Of a stretch of DNA of 64,000 nucleotides, positions 38,468 to 53,400 are shown in pieces. Position numbers and translations under genes: made by a program. This DNA comes from Bugula neritina (Eukaryota; Animalia; Bryozoa): NCBI GenBank assembly GCA_964035545.1, contig OZ037771.1, forward strand, positions 8,301,408 to 8,365,407, read 5' to 3'. The notes under the pieces are model-generated. The model was not told the DNA's origin and made no database searches. It saw only the letters and a list, made by a program, of their open reading frames with translations. Each line of letters begins with the position of its first letter. The first letter of the stretch is position 1.

Positions 38468-41400
38468 GGTGAGCAACCAGGACAATATAGAAGCATGTGA
38501 GACTGCATAACCCAAGTGCACCTAGTATTCGTCATATTTGCAACATTAAAACGAGACTGTGTATAGACAAATTTTAGATAATTCACTCAAGTAAAGCATA
38601 AAATTTAAAAAATTGTTAATAAAATCAAATACAAATAATTTGAGTGTCACGCTGCACTGTATATTAACACACCACTATGTGTCAACTCATACTAGCAGCT
38701 TAGCATAAAATCTAACTAGCATTTTACATGCACTATAAGTTCTCACCTGTCCCTAACTTTTTTCAAAACCTTCTTTAAGTTAATAGGTCTAAACTGAATT
38801 GAGGCTGAGCCATGTTACACAACCAGGTCTAAAGTTGAGTTTATACCTCTACTGAGAAAAGTTCCGAGTTTCAGTTAATTTTACTCGTCCGAGTGCCTCT
38901 TTATAGTTTTACTGAAAATCGCTAAAGTAATATTGATTCAGAAGCTCACTTTCTCGTTGTAAAATATGACTCGCTTATTTGCTATTTGATGCCCTTTGAA
39001 AACGTAGTAGATTAGTAAAGTTGACAGCATAAAAGCGATAATTGAGAAAGCTTAGCCGCTATAATTTTTAACAAATAAGTACGTCATCTAGTCGCCAAAG
39101 TCACAATCAAATATCGATATTTATAAGAAGTTATAATTCCTTTTGATTATTATTCTGAAATCGGTTGATTAGGTTATCACGGTACACAAATTTCGACAAG
39201 TGGCTCTTACAATGCAATGCAACTCGGTGAAATTTCAACTCGGCCAAATTAAATTTTTGACTGAAAAACGTGAAGGTATAAATGCAACTTAATAATTCCT
39301 AAAAAGAGCCTAGTTACAAGACCCACAAATCACTTACTTTGAACTTCAAGTGATCCTGGGGAAAATCATGGTCTATCACATTGAGGATGGGTAGATCTAT
39401 AAGCAGGAAACGCCCCTCCTCCACAACAAAATCATTAACAAAGATTCTGGGCTTCTCATCATTGACCGGTATAATGTCTATGTTGAATATAAGTCCCTGG
39501 CTGTCGGTATTGATACCATCTGAGCAAGATATGTGAAATGAGTCACTCGCTGGCTCCACCCCTAAAACAGATTACATCAAAAAGACCTTCACAGCTGCCA
39601 TGTTGTGGTTACTGAGCCAACACTTGCTCAGTTGCAGGTTCTGTATTATTTCAACAATTGGATTGTGTACTGGTAGACTTTGCATGAAACTTGAAAAATA
39701 TAACAAACAGAACATTGGCATACGCAGCTATACCTGATCATAAAATTAAATTAAGAGCCAACAGGGAATTACTTTCTCTTGTATACTATTTCCCAGCAGT
39801 AAAAAAAACAAGTAGAAAAAAGGGAAGACGGAGGGAATAAGTAAGACATTTGAGCAGGCTATGAGTCATGGCCCAGTCACTTGGAGACAAAATGTTAGAC
39901 GCAACGGCAATGTGACCTTGACTTTAGGCTACACAATGATCTCTTCAGCTATCACAGCTCATACCTTCATAAATACTTTGCTTGTAATTCACATTTCCCT
40001 TGTTGATATCTAACAACTTGAACGCCGTGATTGGCTGACCAGTACGTGGATACTCCGAGCCAGGTGCAGGGGATGATAATTCCAAGTAGCCATACTGTGG
40101 CTGTATGGTGATGCTGCAGACAACGTCCTCTGACGCACTGTCTACGTCTATGATTTGTAAGTTAGAAGGAAGTATTGTAGCCGCACCGCCTTCAACTACC
40201 TCAAAGCTAGAGCCAAGAGAAAGTACTGGAGGTGTGTTGTCTACAGGCAATATGGATACCTGCAACATGACATCACTCTTCTTATTCTCAGACTATTCTT
40301 AAATTTACTATCAGTTAATCATAAAGCTGCAATGCAATGAAATTAATATGCTAGTAACAAAATTCTCAATCTTCTTTCTCAAGAACCCGTATAGAACAGT
40401 TGTATCATAAATAGAACCTTATCCATATACATTATTAAATTGTTATAAAGTTAACTAAAGTTCATGTCTTGCTATACTTAATAGTTATAATTAGTAGATC
40501 TATGTGAATCACGCATTTCCTTATTATTGTCATAGTCAGCATCTATATATAATGCTTGTGTAGTTCTTGCTAAACAGTTAGTTAGTTGCTAGATTCCAAA
40601 GTGTTATTATCATTTTATATTCATAGTAGTTGTACCAAATAAATACACAATGTAATACATTACAAGTCAGCACCATCTTATCACATACCATTATAACATA
40701 AATAAAGGAAAGCAAGACAGTCCAAATGGCAAGTAACACCAATAAGCCATTAGAACGGCCTTTAGCTGTCACAATATATTGTTGTCCAGTTATACAGTTT
40801 AAAACACTCATTTGTGTTTTCCTTCTCTTGCTACATTCAAACATTGGCTGCATAGTACCGGCAACTGTTAACCACGGCATGTAATATTTAACTTACATGC
40901 ACCAATATTTCTGAGACTATTTTTCTATTGATGAAGAGTTGTCCCTCACTGACAGTTAGATTAAAAGTATCATACAAGGGCTCGGCCCCTATTTCAACTT
41001 GTAACGGCGAATAGGAAACTGTGTCATTTTTCAAGTTTTCTAGTGTGAAACTTTGGGGTGAAACAACTCCTAAAACATGTAACAGAACCCATCATAAGCA
41101 TGTATGCAGACTATTGTGATTAGATAATTTTAAATTAAGTACATGATTAGGCTAAGTTCTAAAATGATCAGATTTATCACTTCGAAAAAATGCAAGCTTA
41201 GTTCTCTTAAGAAACAAGGAATGATGGTGGCCTGCAATAACCTCGAGAATAATTGCCAAGAGCAGCATCGGCACATGTTATGTTGAAAAAATCATTCCGT
41301 CACCAGTAGTTCTATGCTTTACCTTCACTACTTAACTGTTTCTGAAATGGTATGAAATTGTAATAATAATTTTCAATTTTCAAACAGTAATACTGCAAAC

Positions 41401-44400
41401 ATATACAGCTATAAACAATCTCAGGTGAGTTGAGAGAAGTTGAATAACCTGCAAATTATAGACAAATCGTATTAGCAATATCCAATTTATTAGGATGTAA
41501 ATGCATTGTGTTCACACATAAACTATGCTATGCATGCTGAAACTATAAAGCTCCCAATTGTGAATAGTTGTGAGCAGAACTGTTATCTCAGAAGCTGGAT
41601 AAGCTAATTGTCATATACCAGCCATACTTATGGCAAGTGTTTCCATAAATAGACTCAACTATGTCGTCTCATTATTGTGAAGGGAAGAAGTGCTGCTGTA
41701 GTGGCACTTGCTAAATATGATGACAGTGTGAACATTAGTAGCTGACATCAAAGCTGATAGGTTGTCAGTCTACATAAAATTACCCCTCCCCCTCCTACTG
41801 TAAATGATATGTTCATGTAGAGGAAAGAGATTGTGCACCTATTATATTACACACCACAAATATCACTGATTATTTCGGTCTAGTTGCTATGAATGCATTT
41901 TAATTACATGAGCATAGCTATTCTGTTTTATACTTGAGTTCTATGTGAACCAAATATAAAGGTGAGGTGTATAATGATTTATGTCAACTTTTAAAATTAG
42001 TTGAATAATATTTTCTGAGTGGAAGTGTTATTCCAGCACAAATTTTTCAGTCTTGAATTTAGTTTTGCACACAAAATATTTCTCATCTTTGACTGACTGC
42101 TCAGGTCGTGTGCCAATCTGTCTAGCCACGAAACTTACATGAAAGGTGCGTCTCTCACGTAGGTTTGTCTCTGCATCCTATAATCAGCCTACAACTACAA
42201 ATAGTGTTTTGTTTGGCATGCAACACTAACCTCTGATTGGTTGATGGGAGAGTGTAAACACAAGATCATTGAGTTGTGAGGGTATCATGTTTGAGGGCAG
42301 ATAACTAACCGTCCCTTCCTCAACATTCAAGTTGTAAACCAAAGCCTCTCCATCTTCTACAGATATTTTACAAAATGGAACTGTATATTGAGAATATATT
42401 ACTATGCTAGAAACAAACCATTACTGGACTGGTTTTGGTTAATTTTTTTAACCAATATACCTTTTATTGGTTTTCAAATACAATAAATGGATCCACTAAA
42501 TAATCTCTATTTGTTGAACATCTAGTCCCTTAAAATAATAGAAGGAAACTATTGATCAAAGCAAAGTGTTTTACAGCTTTCCCAGTTGCAATAGACTGCC
42601 TAACGCCGTTTCTTTCTCCTTTCCATCCTACTTAATATTTAGTTTGTTTTAGGTTTTTTCAAACATATCAAGTTGGGACACTGTTTTCAAAAGCACTAAT
42701 AAACTTTTTACAAAGCTCAATAGTTTCTTACAGACTTGCTTTTCACAAGAACCGGGCTGCAGTGAGCAGTTTATATCCAAACCTAGCAATAAGTTTAGTT
42801 TAGTTTAGGGTTAGTTGGCATAAAACTCAAGTAACGCTAATTTTTTTAAATACATAATAAAAGGAAACTGGGATTTTACGTGAACCAAAAGATGGACACC
42901 TTAAGCTAAAATTCCAAGAAGTATAAGTAAGAGTAGAGGCTTACCATAAGTAGGAAAGCCATCATCTACTGGCACAATTCTCACTCGTACATGAACCGGG
43001 ATGTGGTGCATTCCATCCGACACGTCTATTAGTACAGAGTCTGTAGTGGCTCCACTAGTGGATGATGTGTACACAACTCCTCCATTAAATATATCTGTCT
43101 TGGAAAACTTACTTCCTTCCATTACATCTACTCCTATTATACAATGAGACACATAGAAATGTGATAGCAACTAATTGCATCACGTCATACTGAGTATGAT
43201 TGGCTATTTTAGTAAAAAAAGGAGTCAGATTTCAAGCAGAAAAATTCTGTAGCTTCTAAACCTCAGTATTCTAATAACGCTAGTTCTGTTTGCTAACTTG
43301 AACAACTAATATAATTTTTCACTTAGAAGTCAACTGTAACTCTTAGATCTGTTCCATCACCTGTGTTACTAAGGTGTTGTCTGCCACAGCTGACTGAAGG
43401 GATTGAGTACAGGTAGTTGTGTTGATACTATACACAAGCTTAGCACTTATTACTAAAATACAAACCTTGTAGCTTCAGTTTGCCGTTCCTCGGTGGTCGC
43501 TCAACAGTGAACGTGAGTGACTCATCAGAAGTGTCGGCATCGACAGCGTCAAGGTGACTGGGCATGATGATCACATAGCCATTCTCAAACACTTGCAACG
43601 GTTTTACCACAACTACTGGTGGCTGATTATTGATTGGCTGAACAAACACCTTCAGAAACTGACCTATATTGAAATCATTTGTAGGAAAGCATTACACACG
43701 ACTTTGACTAGAGAAACCTGCAAATCGGCCACAACAGTTGCCCCTATGAAAGGCATTTTAAGCATATCTATAAATTAATTTAAGCTATATAACATATTTT
43801 ACAAAAATATAAAAACTCAGTCACTCCATTATCTAACCAACTAAAACAGAATTAGTTGAGTTGTCATACCAACCTGTTTCAGCATTTCCACTGGAATCTT
43901 TTACATCAAATGTTACTTGAATAAGGTGAGGTATAATGCCAATCTCTCCGAAAGCAGGTTTGTAGGATATCTTGCCTTTGCTGAGCTCAGCTTGCGTAAA
44001 CTCAGACACAGTGACATCAGGTCGGTCAGAGTAAACCAGATCACCTGGCAACTAAAAGCCAAACTTACCTCTTACATTACAGAAATGAAGAAGTATGCAT
44101 TTTACAGTTTTAAGTCTAACTAAAATCCAAACTTTAATCTGCAAGTTCTAAACACATAACTGGTTCCACTGATCCTCAATGATATAGTTAGTAAAGTGTG
44201 AATTGGTTAAAGGCAAGAACCGATTAAGAAATGAGAGAATATGTTCCACATCCTTTGAGCACTCAGTTAATAGTTTCTCCTTTGTTCTATCCATGGACAT
44301 TTTTCATTAATAGCTCTTTCATATGGAGAAATATATGTCATCCTTGCAGATATTTACATTATACTTTATTGCAGCTAAATTCTCATGTGAGTGAAATATA

Positions 44401-47400
44401 CAAAACCAATCGATGTAGGCATTCTTTTATAACTCAAAAGGCTTTCTAACAGTTTTATTCTGTAATGAGCTACAAGAATATTAAGCGATTCCTCTACTTA
44501 CTTGTCATGCTAAACTTTGATGAAACTAATATACTAAAACTTTATAACTCTTAGATGCACAGATCAAACTCAGCAGTTAAGCACCAGTCTCATGGCTGAT
44601 GGAGAAAAGAAACAGACACCTTTAACTTGTAGCTTTGTTTACCTGCGTGTCAGAAAGAGAGGTGATAAGAGTGATGGAGTAAATTATATCTTTATCTTGA
44701 CTTCCTGCGTCAACATAACGCAAAACTGTATCTTCAATGACTGTGATTTGACCTTCCAATACAGTGAGGTGAAAACTTGCATCTGCAACAAACATTCTTC
44801 TTTAGCATTGAAATGAAAATTAATGTTTCGCTTACTAAAAACAAATGAATTCAAACAGTAAGATAGTTATTTCAAACCTATAGATGGCGTGGGTGCCTCT
44901 ACATCTCTTTGTAAAACCTTGACTTCAAATGACTTTGAAGGAGAAATATTGGGTGGAGAATTGTCATCTCTTAGTTTGAACTTGATTGTGTCAGTCATTG
45001 GAAGGTTTTGGGCACTGGCCGTGTATTTATAGTTCAAGTAGCCTATCAAATCAAAAATAAAATAAACAGTATGGAGAGGATTAGTAGTGTGAATATTTTA
45101 TTTGATTGGCAGGCTTGAAAGAAATATGAAATGATTTTATCAGATATTCATTTCGACTCTTAGTAGAATATTGACTAGCTGGTCACAGAAAACTATAATT
45201 TTTATTCACAGCATAGTTAATCATAAACAAAGACAACCTAACTAACTACTAGCCCAATCAGTTTACAATTGAGAGCTTGATCAGTATCTTAGACAGCACA
45301 TTAAATTAGAAATATGCAAAATATTATTTACACACTAGCCTACTCAACTTTGAAAATTACAAATAATAAAAAAAGAATTTATTTTAGAAACTGATTTGTT
45401 AATAAAAGAGTTGGTAAACCAATTAGAGATTACCACACCATTATCAATATCTCTCTGTGTCCATGAAGTCACTACTTTCTCCCAGATTTGCCCAACTTGT
45501 CTCCAATTTCTGGTATCAGTAGGTAGTTTCTTGTGTAAGACTAGATGACCAACAGCTGAGTACGGCTGCTCTAAGGTGAAGGTCACCAGAGAGTCCTCAG
45601 AGTCTTCATCATGAGCTCTGAAAGACATGGAGGCATCATCAATCAACTTTAAGTAGAATAGCAATAACAAGCCTTTATTTTTATGCAACAAATAGGATAC
45701 ATTGAGAGCCCCGTTTAATCTATGTGTAGTTGTCATACCTCAAATAGATGGGCGTTATCATGCTTTAAGTGCATAGTAATTGTCATACCTCAAGAGTATG
45801 AGAGTTTACATATTCTAAGTGTATGGGAGTTATCATACCTCAAATGTATGGGAGTTATCTGAACGGTCAGTCCTTTGAACACCTGAAGGCCAGTGTTGAC
45901 CAGTAGAATGGGGGCGGTGTCATCAACAGGAAACACCATAACAGGAAACAGAAACTCTATCTGTAAAACAGACAGTAGAAGTTCTTAGTTAATGGGATTA
46001 GACCGACACACACTAGACACACATGTATTATGGCAGTTTATAAAATTTAGTCAGACAACTCTAATTTATATCTTGAAACAAGGTTAGCCGAATTTAATAA
46101 AGAGTTAAAATTCCACATTAGTGAATTGTACAGAATAGTATAATGTATTACAGAAGAGACAACACTCTAGGGAAAAGCCAATGTCTAGTGGTTAAAGTAT
46201 AACACAAGGTCAGGGGGTCGATCCCCAGCAAAGGCCACTGGTAATATTAAGAAGGGCATTCAGTCACAATTGCTGGAGGTAGGTGCAGTAATAGAGAAAT
46301 TGAGAAAAGCTTGTTTTCTGGATTAGAAAAGTAGCAAAAGAAGTTATGTTCTCGCAAGAATTTCAGCCCGAGCCCCAAACCAAAATTTATTGAGAAATTT
46401 AAAGAGCTTAGGCTATCTCAATTCCCCCACTACTGCTCCTAAATGAATTGCTGATTTGTCATAATAAAATAAATCTTTAACCAACTTAAAATGCTGTTAC
46501 TATCAGATGTTGTTTTAGGGATGGAGACTATAAACATATGTGGAAAAACTACTCTAGTAACACTGCCCCTTCATTAATAGCTACTCTGTATTAGTTCACC
46601 TCATGTTGACCGTCAGATGCCTTGAATATGATGTTATCAGTGAGAGTGTTGGAGCCGTCATGCACATACACGACACCGTCATTAAGATCTGCGACAGTGA
46701 AATAGTTCCGAGAGTTGGGTGCAATCAAACTTCCGTGATTCAGTCCGTACTCGACGGTCAGTTTGACTTCCTCCAAATTATCTTCATCAGCAATCTGCAG
46801 ATTACTCCTGCTAGTGAGACGGCCCCGCTCACCCTCATGCAGTCTCAAACCTTTCACAGAATACATAGGCTATCAACATTAGCATCCAGAAATTTCATGG
46901 TTATAGGCAGATACAGACACTTCAAGCATCGTGTTCCTATAGTCAGACTTGCAAGACAGGTTTAGTAGTTTCATTATAATATTTGCAATACATTCAAGAT
47001 TATAACACATTTCACTACTACTAAATTTACCTGTCTCATTAGTATTTTAGAATTCTAGTTGATTTTTTCAATTTATAAATTTTCAGTTCATTTTTTTTAT
47101 TTCTTAGGCAAATGTAAAATGTAGCTCTAGCCACAATATCATGTAGTAATATTCATAACATTGTTATTGTAATACGATGGGCATTACAATATAGTAATAT
47201 AGTTGGTAATACAACTATGATATAGCAGTTATAATATGGACAAGGAATGCCCTATTGCTGCTAACAATCTACACACAAAATCTAAAACTTGTTATGGTCT
47301 GTGTCACACATTAACTTACCAATATTTTTCACAACAAGAGGAGACAATGTATCCATCGGTCTAACAGTCACCCTCAGGTCAAAAGTGTTGGTGGATTTCA

Positions 47401-50400
47401 GACCCTCCCCATCCATGATGTAGAGTGGAACTCTTACTATTCTTATTTCATCACTATCTTGACTCGGTGGTCTAAACATCATACACAGTCAGTTGGCATT
47501 ATTATTAATATCATTATATTAATAACATTTATGGTAGGGGTAACCAGGAACGGTCATAGGGGCACAAAAAGCCGGTCAGATTGTAAGAGAACTTATTGAC
47601 TTAGAGTTGTGATTTTTTCTTTAATAGAAAAGAAATAACATAATTATTCAGCTATTGTATTTTCAGCACTTGGAGAAGCTACATGTTGAAGAGGTGAGTC
47701 ATAATCTGTTTTTAGATACTTTTTGCAAATTTTTTAAGATGTCATCCAAGCTTTATAACTTTTTATACTTAAAGGTGATAAGCCTAGTTTTTACTAATAT
47801 TATTGCCACCCCTTGTCTCTGCCTTGCTTAACTAGCATAACAGCAAATTCTAAAGCAAAATTTTCTTTATGACGCATTTATCTTTAACTTTGTGCCCTGG
47901 TTACCTCTACACATTATATGCATTCGATTTTAAACCATAATACTTATTAGCTAACGCAGAAATTCCAATATAGAATAGGCTGCTTAGATATTATGATATG
48001 TTTCTACTTTTTCCAAATGTACATTAAAAGACATTACTTGTATGCAATTTTCAACAGCAGCAGATCAGCTTGTGTGAACGACTCTACCGGCAAGTGTATA
48101 TCGTCAGTAGACACGATGTCTCCAGAGAAATCATCTGCAAGTAGAGAACAATGTTACTCACTAAATTTATACTGTGTTATTATGACGCATTAGTGATTAC
48201 AGTTTTTTGAATTCAGAGTTTTCTTTTTACAGACCAAACAAAAATTCCCATAAATATAGAAAATAACTGAGTTAAGATTATACTGTTGATAGAATACAAT
48301 CTTCTGCTGATATGACAAAGAACATTTATAACTAATAAATAACTATACTAGTAATTGTCTTCTCTCTGAATGAATAATTTATTATATTACCCACAATACT
48401 TCTCTTCTTCTACATACATAAAATACAACACTCGTGTCAACCACAACTCTACTAAATTCATCCTAATATTTAGCACAACCAAGATGGCATCATTCTTCAA
48501 CTCAACATACACTACTGCTGATTGCTACAGGTTATAAAACATTCAACAAAAACCAAGTGTTGGGGAGAAATTGTTTTGATACAAATTTGGTTTAGATTTT
48601 AGTTGGTTAGTAAGATAGTCAATGTTATTTAACACCAATATATTATTCAAACATCTACCACCTCTACTACCATAACTAAGTACTATCCTCACAAATACCA
48701 CAATAACCACTATTACTATTACTATACTATCACTATGTCGTTACTGCCACTACTACCATTATTACTACCATCATTACCACTTTATTAGATAATAGCTGTA
48801 GAACTGCCAAAGACACTCATTTTTCCTTGAATTGATTCTTAGATCAGCAAATACGACAGTAATTGCAAGATGCTCTAGGCACATGGGTTATAACAGCAGT
48901 ATCTACCTACCATCAGCTATTATGAAAATGAGGTCCTGAGTTGGAGTGAAGTCATCTAGAGCACTTAAGATAGAGGTGTTGAGAGCTGTGATCATAAACT
49001 GGTTGACAGACAGCTGCAGGAGAGAGGTTTCACTAAAAGAGAATGGAATACACATAACTGATACAGTTGTAGCCTTCCCTTGAATATAACTAATATTAAC
49101 ATTTGCTTTTATATGCACATCACAAATTTTTCAGTCGATATAAAATTATTTTTCTGAAAAAATTAATTGCAATTTATTGCTAAATTGAGACAGCAAAAAG
49201 AAAGCTAGAAACAGAGTGGCCTACCACATAAAACCAAAGAGCTTAAGATACTGCAGCTGTGTTTTATTCAATGATTATAAATTACATTTTTCTAAACATA
49301 ATTGTGTGAAATTCTTCAAAAAGGTTTTTATCGACACTGCTTTATATAATTATTCATTAAAAACTATTGGAGAATAATTAGTGTGGCATTAATCCAACAT
49401 TTTTAGTTTGATAAAAATTGCAGGCGCTACTCAGAAAAAATAAGACAACTTCTATTAAAACCAAAAGTTAATGAAATATATCTTGCAAACTATTCTATCA
49501 AAACTACGGAGCAGTATACTACAGCTGGTGTCATATTTCTAATGAATTATGGACTTTCTAGAGCAAAAAGAGAACAATAAATAAATGCATTACAATTTCA
49601 ATATTTACACATGTATAATATACATATTTTGCAGCAAGATAAAAATATCTTTTAAGCACTAACCAGTCATTTATCACACTTTATGTGTAATCTGACATCT
49701 ATGTACACAAGACATGGCCTTGCAGCTACTATGCAGTATGCACTTGGTAACATTACATCCTTTAGCAATATTACACTGCATATACCTATTTATACTCCAT
49801 ACCCAACCTAATTGTGTGTCTACCACCTAACTCACCTAAAATTACTTGCTATTACTAATATATTATTATTATTATTACTAATAATTTTATATCACTATTA
49901 CTATAATATTACTATTACCATATAACTAATACTATACTTACAATTATAATGCTTCAAATTAAAGGTGAATGTCACAATGAATCAACAACAAAAACCTAGA
50001 CTACTGTAGCATTGTATAGCTACAGCACTGTAGTATTGTAGCATTATACATCTACAGTACTGTAGTATTGTAGCATTGTACGTCTACAGCACTGTAGTAT
50101 TGTAGCATTGTACGTCTACAGCACTGTAGTATTGTAGCATTGTACGTCTACAGCACTGTAGTATTGTAGCATTGTACGTCTACAGCACTGTAGTATTGTA
50201 GCATTGTACGTCTACTGCAGCACTGTAGTACTGTAGCATTGTACGTCTACAGCACTGTAGTATTGTAGCATTGTACGTCTACAGCACTGTAGTATTGTAG
50301 CATTGTACGTCTACAGCACTGTAGTATTGTAGCATTGTACGCCTACAGCACTGTAGTATTGTAGCATTGTACGTCTACAGCACTGTAGCAATGTAGCATT

Positions 50401-53400
50401 GTACGTCTACAGCACTGTAGCAATGTAGCTATACAATAAACTCAAAACATATCTTCTTAAACAAAATTAAAGCTACGGAAGTAATGCCTGTGTCTCAGAG
50501 CAGATAATAACTTCTATAAACATTTACAGTGTGAGCCTATCATTGGCTGTGTTAAATTATTAATAATTAGTTTGAGTCATGTCACGAAAGTAAAGGAGTG
50601 TCTACATAAAATTATGCCATGACAAAACAACTTCGAACTTTTTCCACAACATGCAATCAGCTAAATTGAGCCAAAAGACATTTAAAAGAAGAAAACTCCA
50701 AGTTACAATACGTATTTATGCCATATAAAAGAGTTGGATCCATTAGAGATGTGAAAACTTGGTGTGAGTATTGAAACTGATGTTAGCCAACTAAGTGGTA
50801 AAACATTATAGTATTATCAGTATCTTACTGTTTGCTCCTGAATTAAATTATGTTTTTCTTAATCTCAGTAGATGAAAGGGTAAGAATTGAAGAACAATAG
50901 TACGCTGTGTTTACCTCCAGGAAGTTCAAATTGACCATTCAAGTTGATGATTGCACATACTTGGAATTCAACACAGATATCATACTGAATGTACATTATA
51001 TAATATGAAAGATGCACTGCAGGCTAGCCGTAGGCAATGACATGGTACTTCAACATCATACCTGCACATGTGGGACATGCAAGCTGCTGAAATATTTCTG
51101 GACACTGCTATAACTTATCTAAATCTTAAGGTTTCATTAATATCTACTTTAACCTAGGTGGTTTTCTACTCTAGACATAGCTGTGATATAACACCTAATA
51201 AATGTGTTGATTTACAGCAGAAAAAATGCATATTTATAATGTAGTAGTAACACAATTATTTCCAATAATAGAAGTTGCTTGGCCACTAGCTAGAGCTAAA
51301 CTAAATAAAAATCCGTTTAAGATGAGGCAGGAATATTATCACCCAGCTCAGGTGAACTTAAATGAACTCAGCAAAGCTTAGCTATTTTATGGTAAAACGA
51401 TTTTGGAAATTCAATGGTCAAAGTAGCTAATCACGAACATATACTAAGCAGTAACCAGCTTAGAGTAAACAGACACCATTCAGACTGACTGTGGAAAGAT
51501 GCTATCACTCTGACACTAATAATAATGAGTTGGTAATTTATTCAGCTCTGCATTGACAACTTTGCTGGAATAACATTCAGATTGTTTCAATGAAATACTG
51601 GCTAATTTACATCATAAATATTATGAAAATATTGACCAACTTGTCAGCTATTACCTGGACCTGTCCTGTGCTGTATAATATTTGATATATAATAGTGATA
51701 ACAATGCAAAGGTGACAGGTAAATCATATCAATATATCAAATATTTCAGAATGTTTGTCTCTCAATGGCTTCCAGCCATGCAGAGTATCAACTTCAATTC
51801 AATTCTAAGAGATGTTATAAAAATGTATTCTGGGAGTTGGATACAGTTACCTTCCCTAACCTATAAAAAACTCACACAAGTTTATAGTCACCGTCCCAGT
51901 GAGAAATCCCTGATGGAAAGGATTTTTTAAAGAAGGCTAAGGACTTTTTCAAATGGGGCACAGGAGGAATTATGACTAGATGCTCTCCTAACATCACCAA
52001 TAACCTTTACTGGGGTTCGAACCCATGACTTACTAAGCCAAATGCTCTAACCCCCTAGACCACGGCTGTTCCCTAATGTTCCCTAGGCTATAGTTTATGC
52101 ATATATGATTGCACTGGACAACTACTTGTACCGACACTATCTGTTGGAACTTGGACTTTTTCTGATTTGGGCATTTTTCAGAAAAAGAGAACTGTGTTTC
52201 CATGACTAAACCGGGTAGGTACACTGTACATGTATATTTACCAAGCACTCTATTATAAATACCATATCGAAGGTTACTGCCAGAGAGTGCACATTAAGCT
52301 TGTCCTCTTTCAAAATATTATATGTGAAGAGAAGAGCATCTAAGAATTGAACATTTTGTTTCTATTTTGGACAATAACAGATGAAATATGTTTCAATTGT
52401 AAAGGCATTGTAGTGTCAAAAGGCATACTCAAGAGAACAAAAGGTGAAACTGTAAAGCAATGATTAAACAAGACATTTAGGTAGCCCATGATTGGGGATT
52501 AGCAAAGGTTGAATGAAAGAGTAAGCAAGATTTTGTGGTTTTCATCAATACAAAGCAAATAGGTTGTCACTATGCCAATATTTTAATATTAAATGCAAAC
52601 CATTGTCAACTGATAATACATGAACTAGTTGTAAACAGTAAATTAAAAAGGATTTGTTTTACTTTCAATGATGTTAAACTGTGATTAATTATGTTCAAAC
52701 TGCAGAGTTGTGTTGGATATCAGTGTAGCCTACAACCAGTGGGTCTTCTAGCCTGAGTAAAGCATGTTATGACACTCCACCAGACTAGGTGTTAGTATCA
52801 CTAGCAACTCCTATGGAGCTTATACCAATATGGCCTCCCATACACATCGCACTAAATAGATTTTTTGCACTCCGTTCTACTGTTATATCAATTAATCACT
52901 GATAAGCCCAGCTATTATCATAATTCCAATTGAAAAATCCTATAATATGTACATTTTTTTATTGTTCTGGAAAGAAGTGGAATTGTGTAACTGTCATTCC
53001 AGAGGTAGAAAGCCAGGCAGGCACTAGTATATGTGTGAGAGACTATAAGCATTGCTAGACTGTTGTCACTGTGGAGGGACATGGAAGTTGCAGTTGTTAC
53101 TAACAGCTCCAGTTCTTAGATACTTTGTTCAATATGAAATAATACAACTCTAAATTTTACACCCAAGTGTCAAGCAAAATTATAAACTAATATAAGAAAA
53201 ACATAACTGCATCTTTATATCCAACAGAAGCTTTCTTAAATATATACAAAGTTTTTACCTGAAGTGGGGTGGTTGATTATCCGTTCCATCTTCTATTGTA
53301 ATAGGAATGAAGAACCATTGCTTTTTTACTATCTCAGAATTAGATGCATTTCTGATGGTAACAACAGCGTGTAAATAGTCTGCTTTAGGGGAGGATATAG

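Noticed and set aside
37317-38586. Poly-YI ORFs
   Set aside because: (TA)n microsatellites.
42138-42177. Possible small FREM2 exon (TAG|GATGCAG...CAT|GTAAGT)
   Set aside because: Phase-incompatible with the flanking phase-1 exons, and exons 14 and 15 already join cleanly.
50001-50430. CRISPR-like appearance of regular 32-bp palindromic repeats
   Set aside because: Head-to-tail units with no unique spacers, in a eukaryotic intron, with no cas genes.
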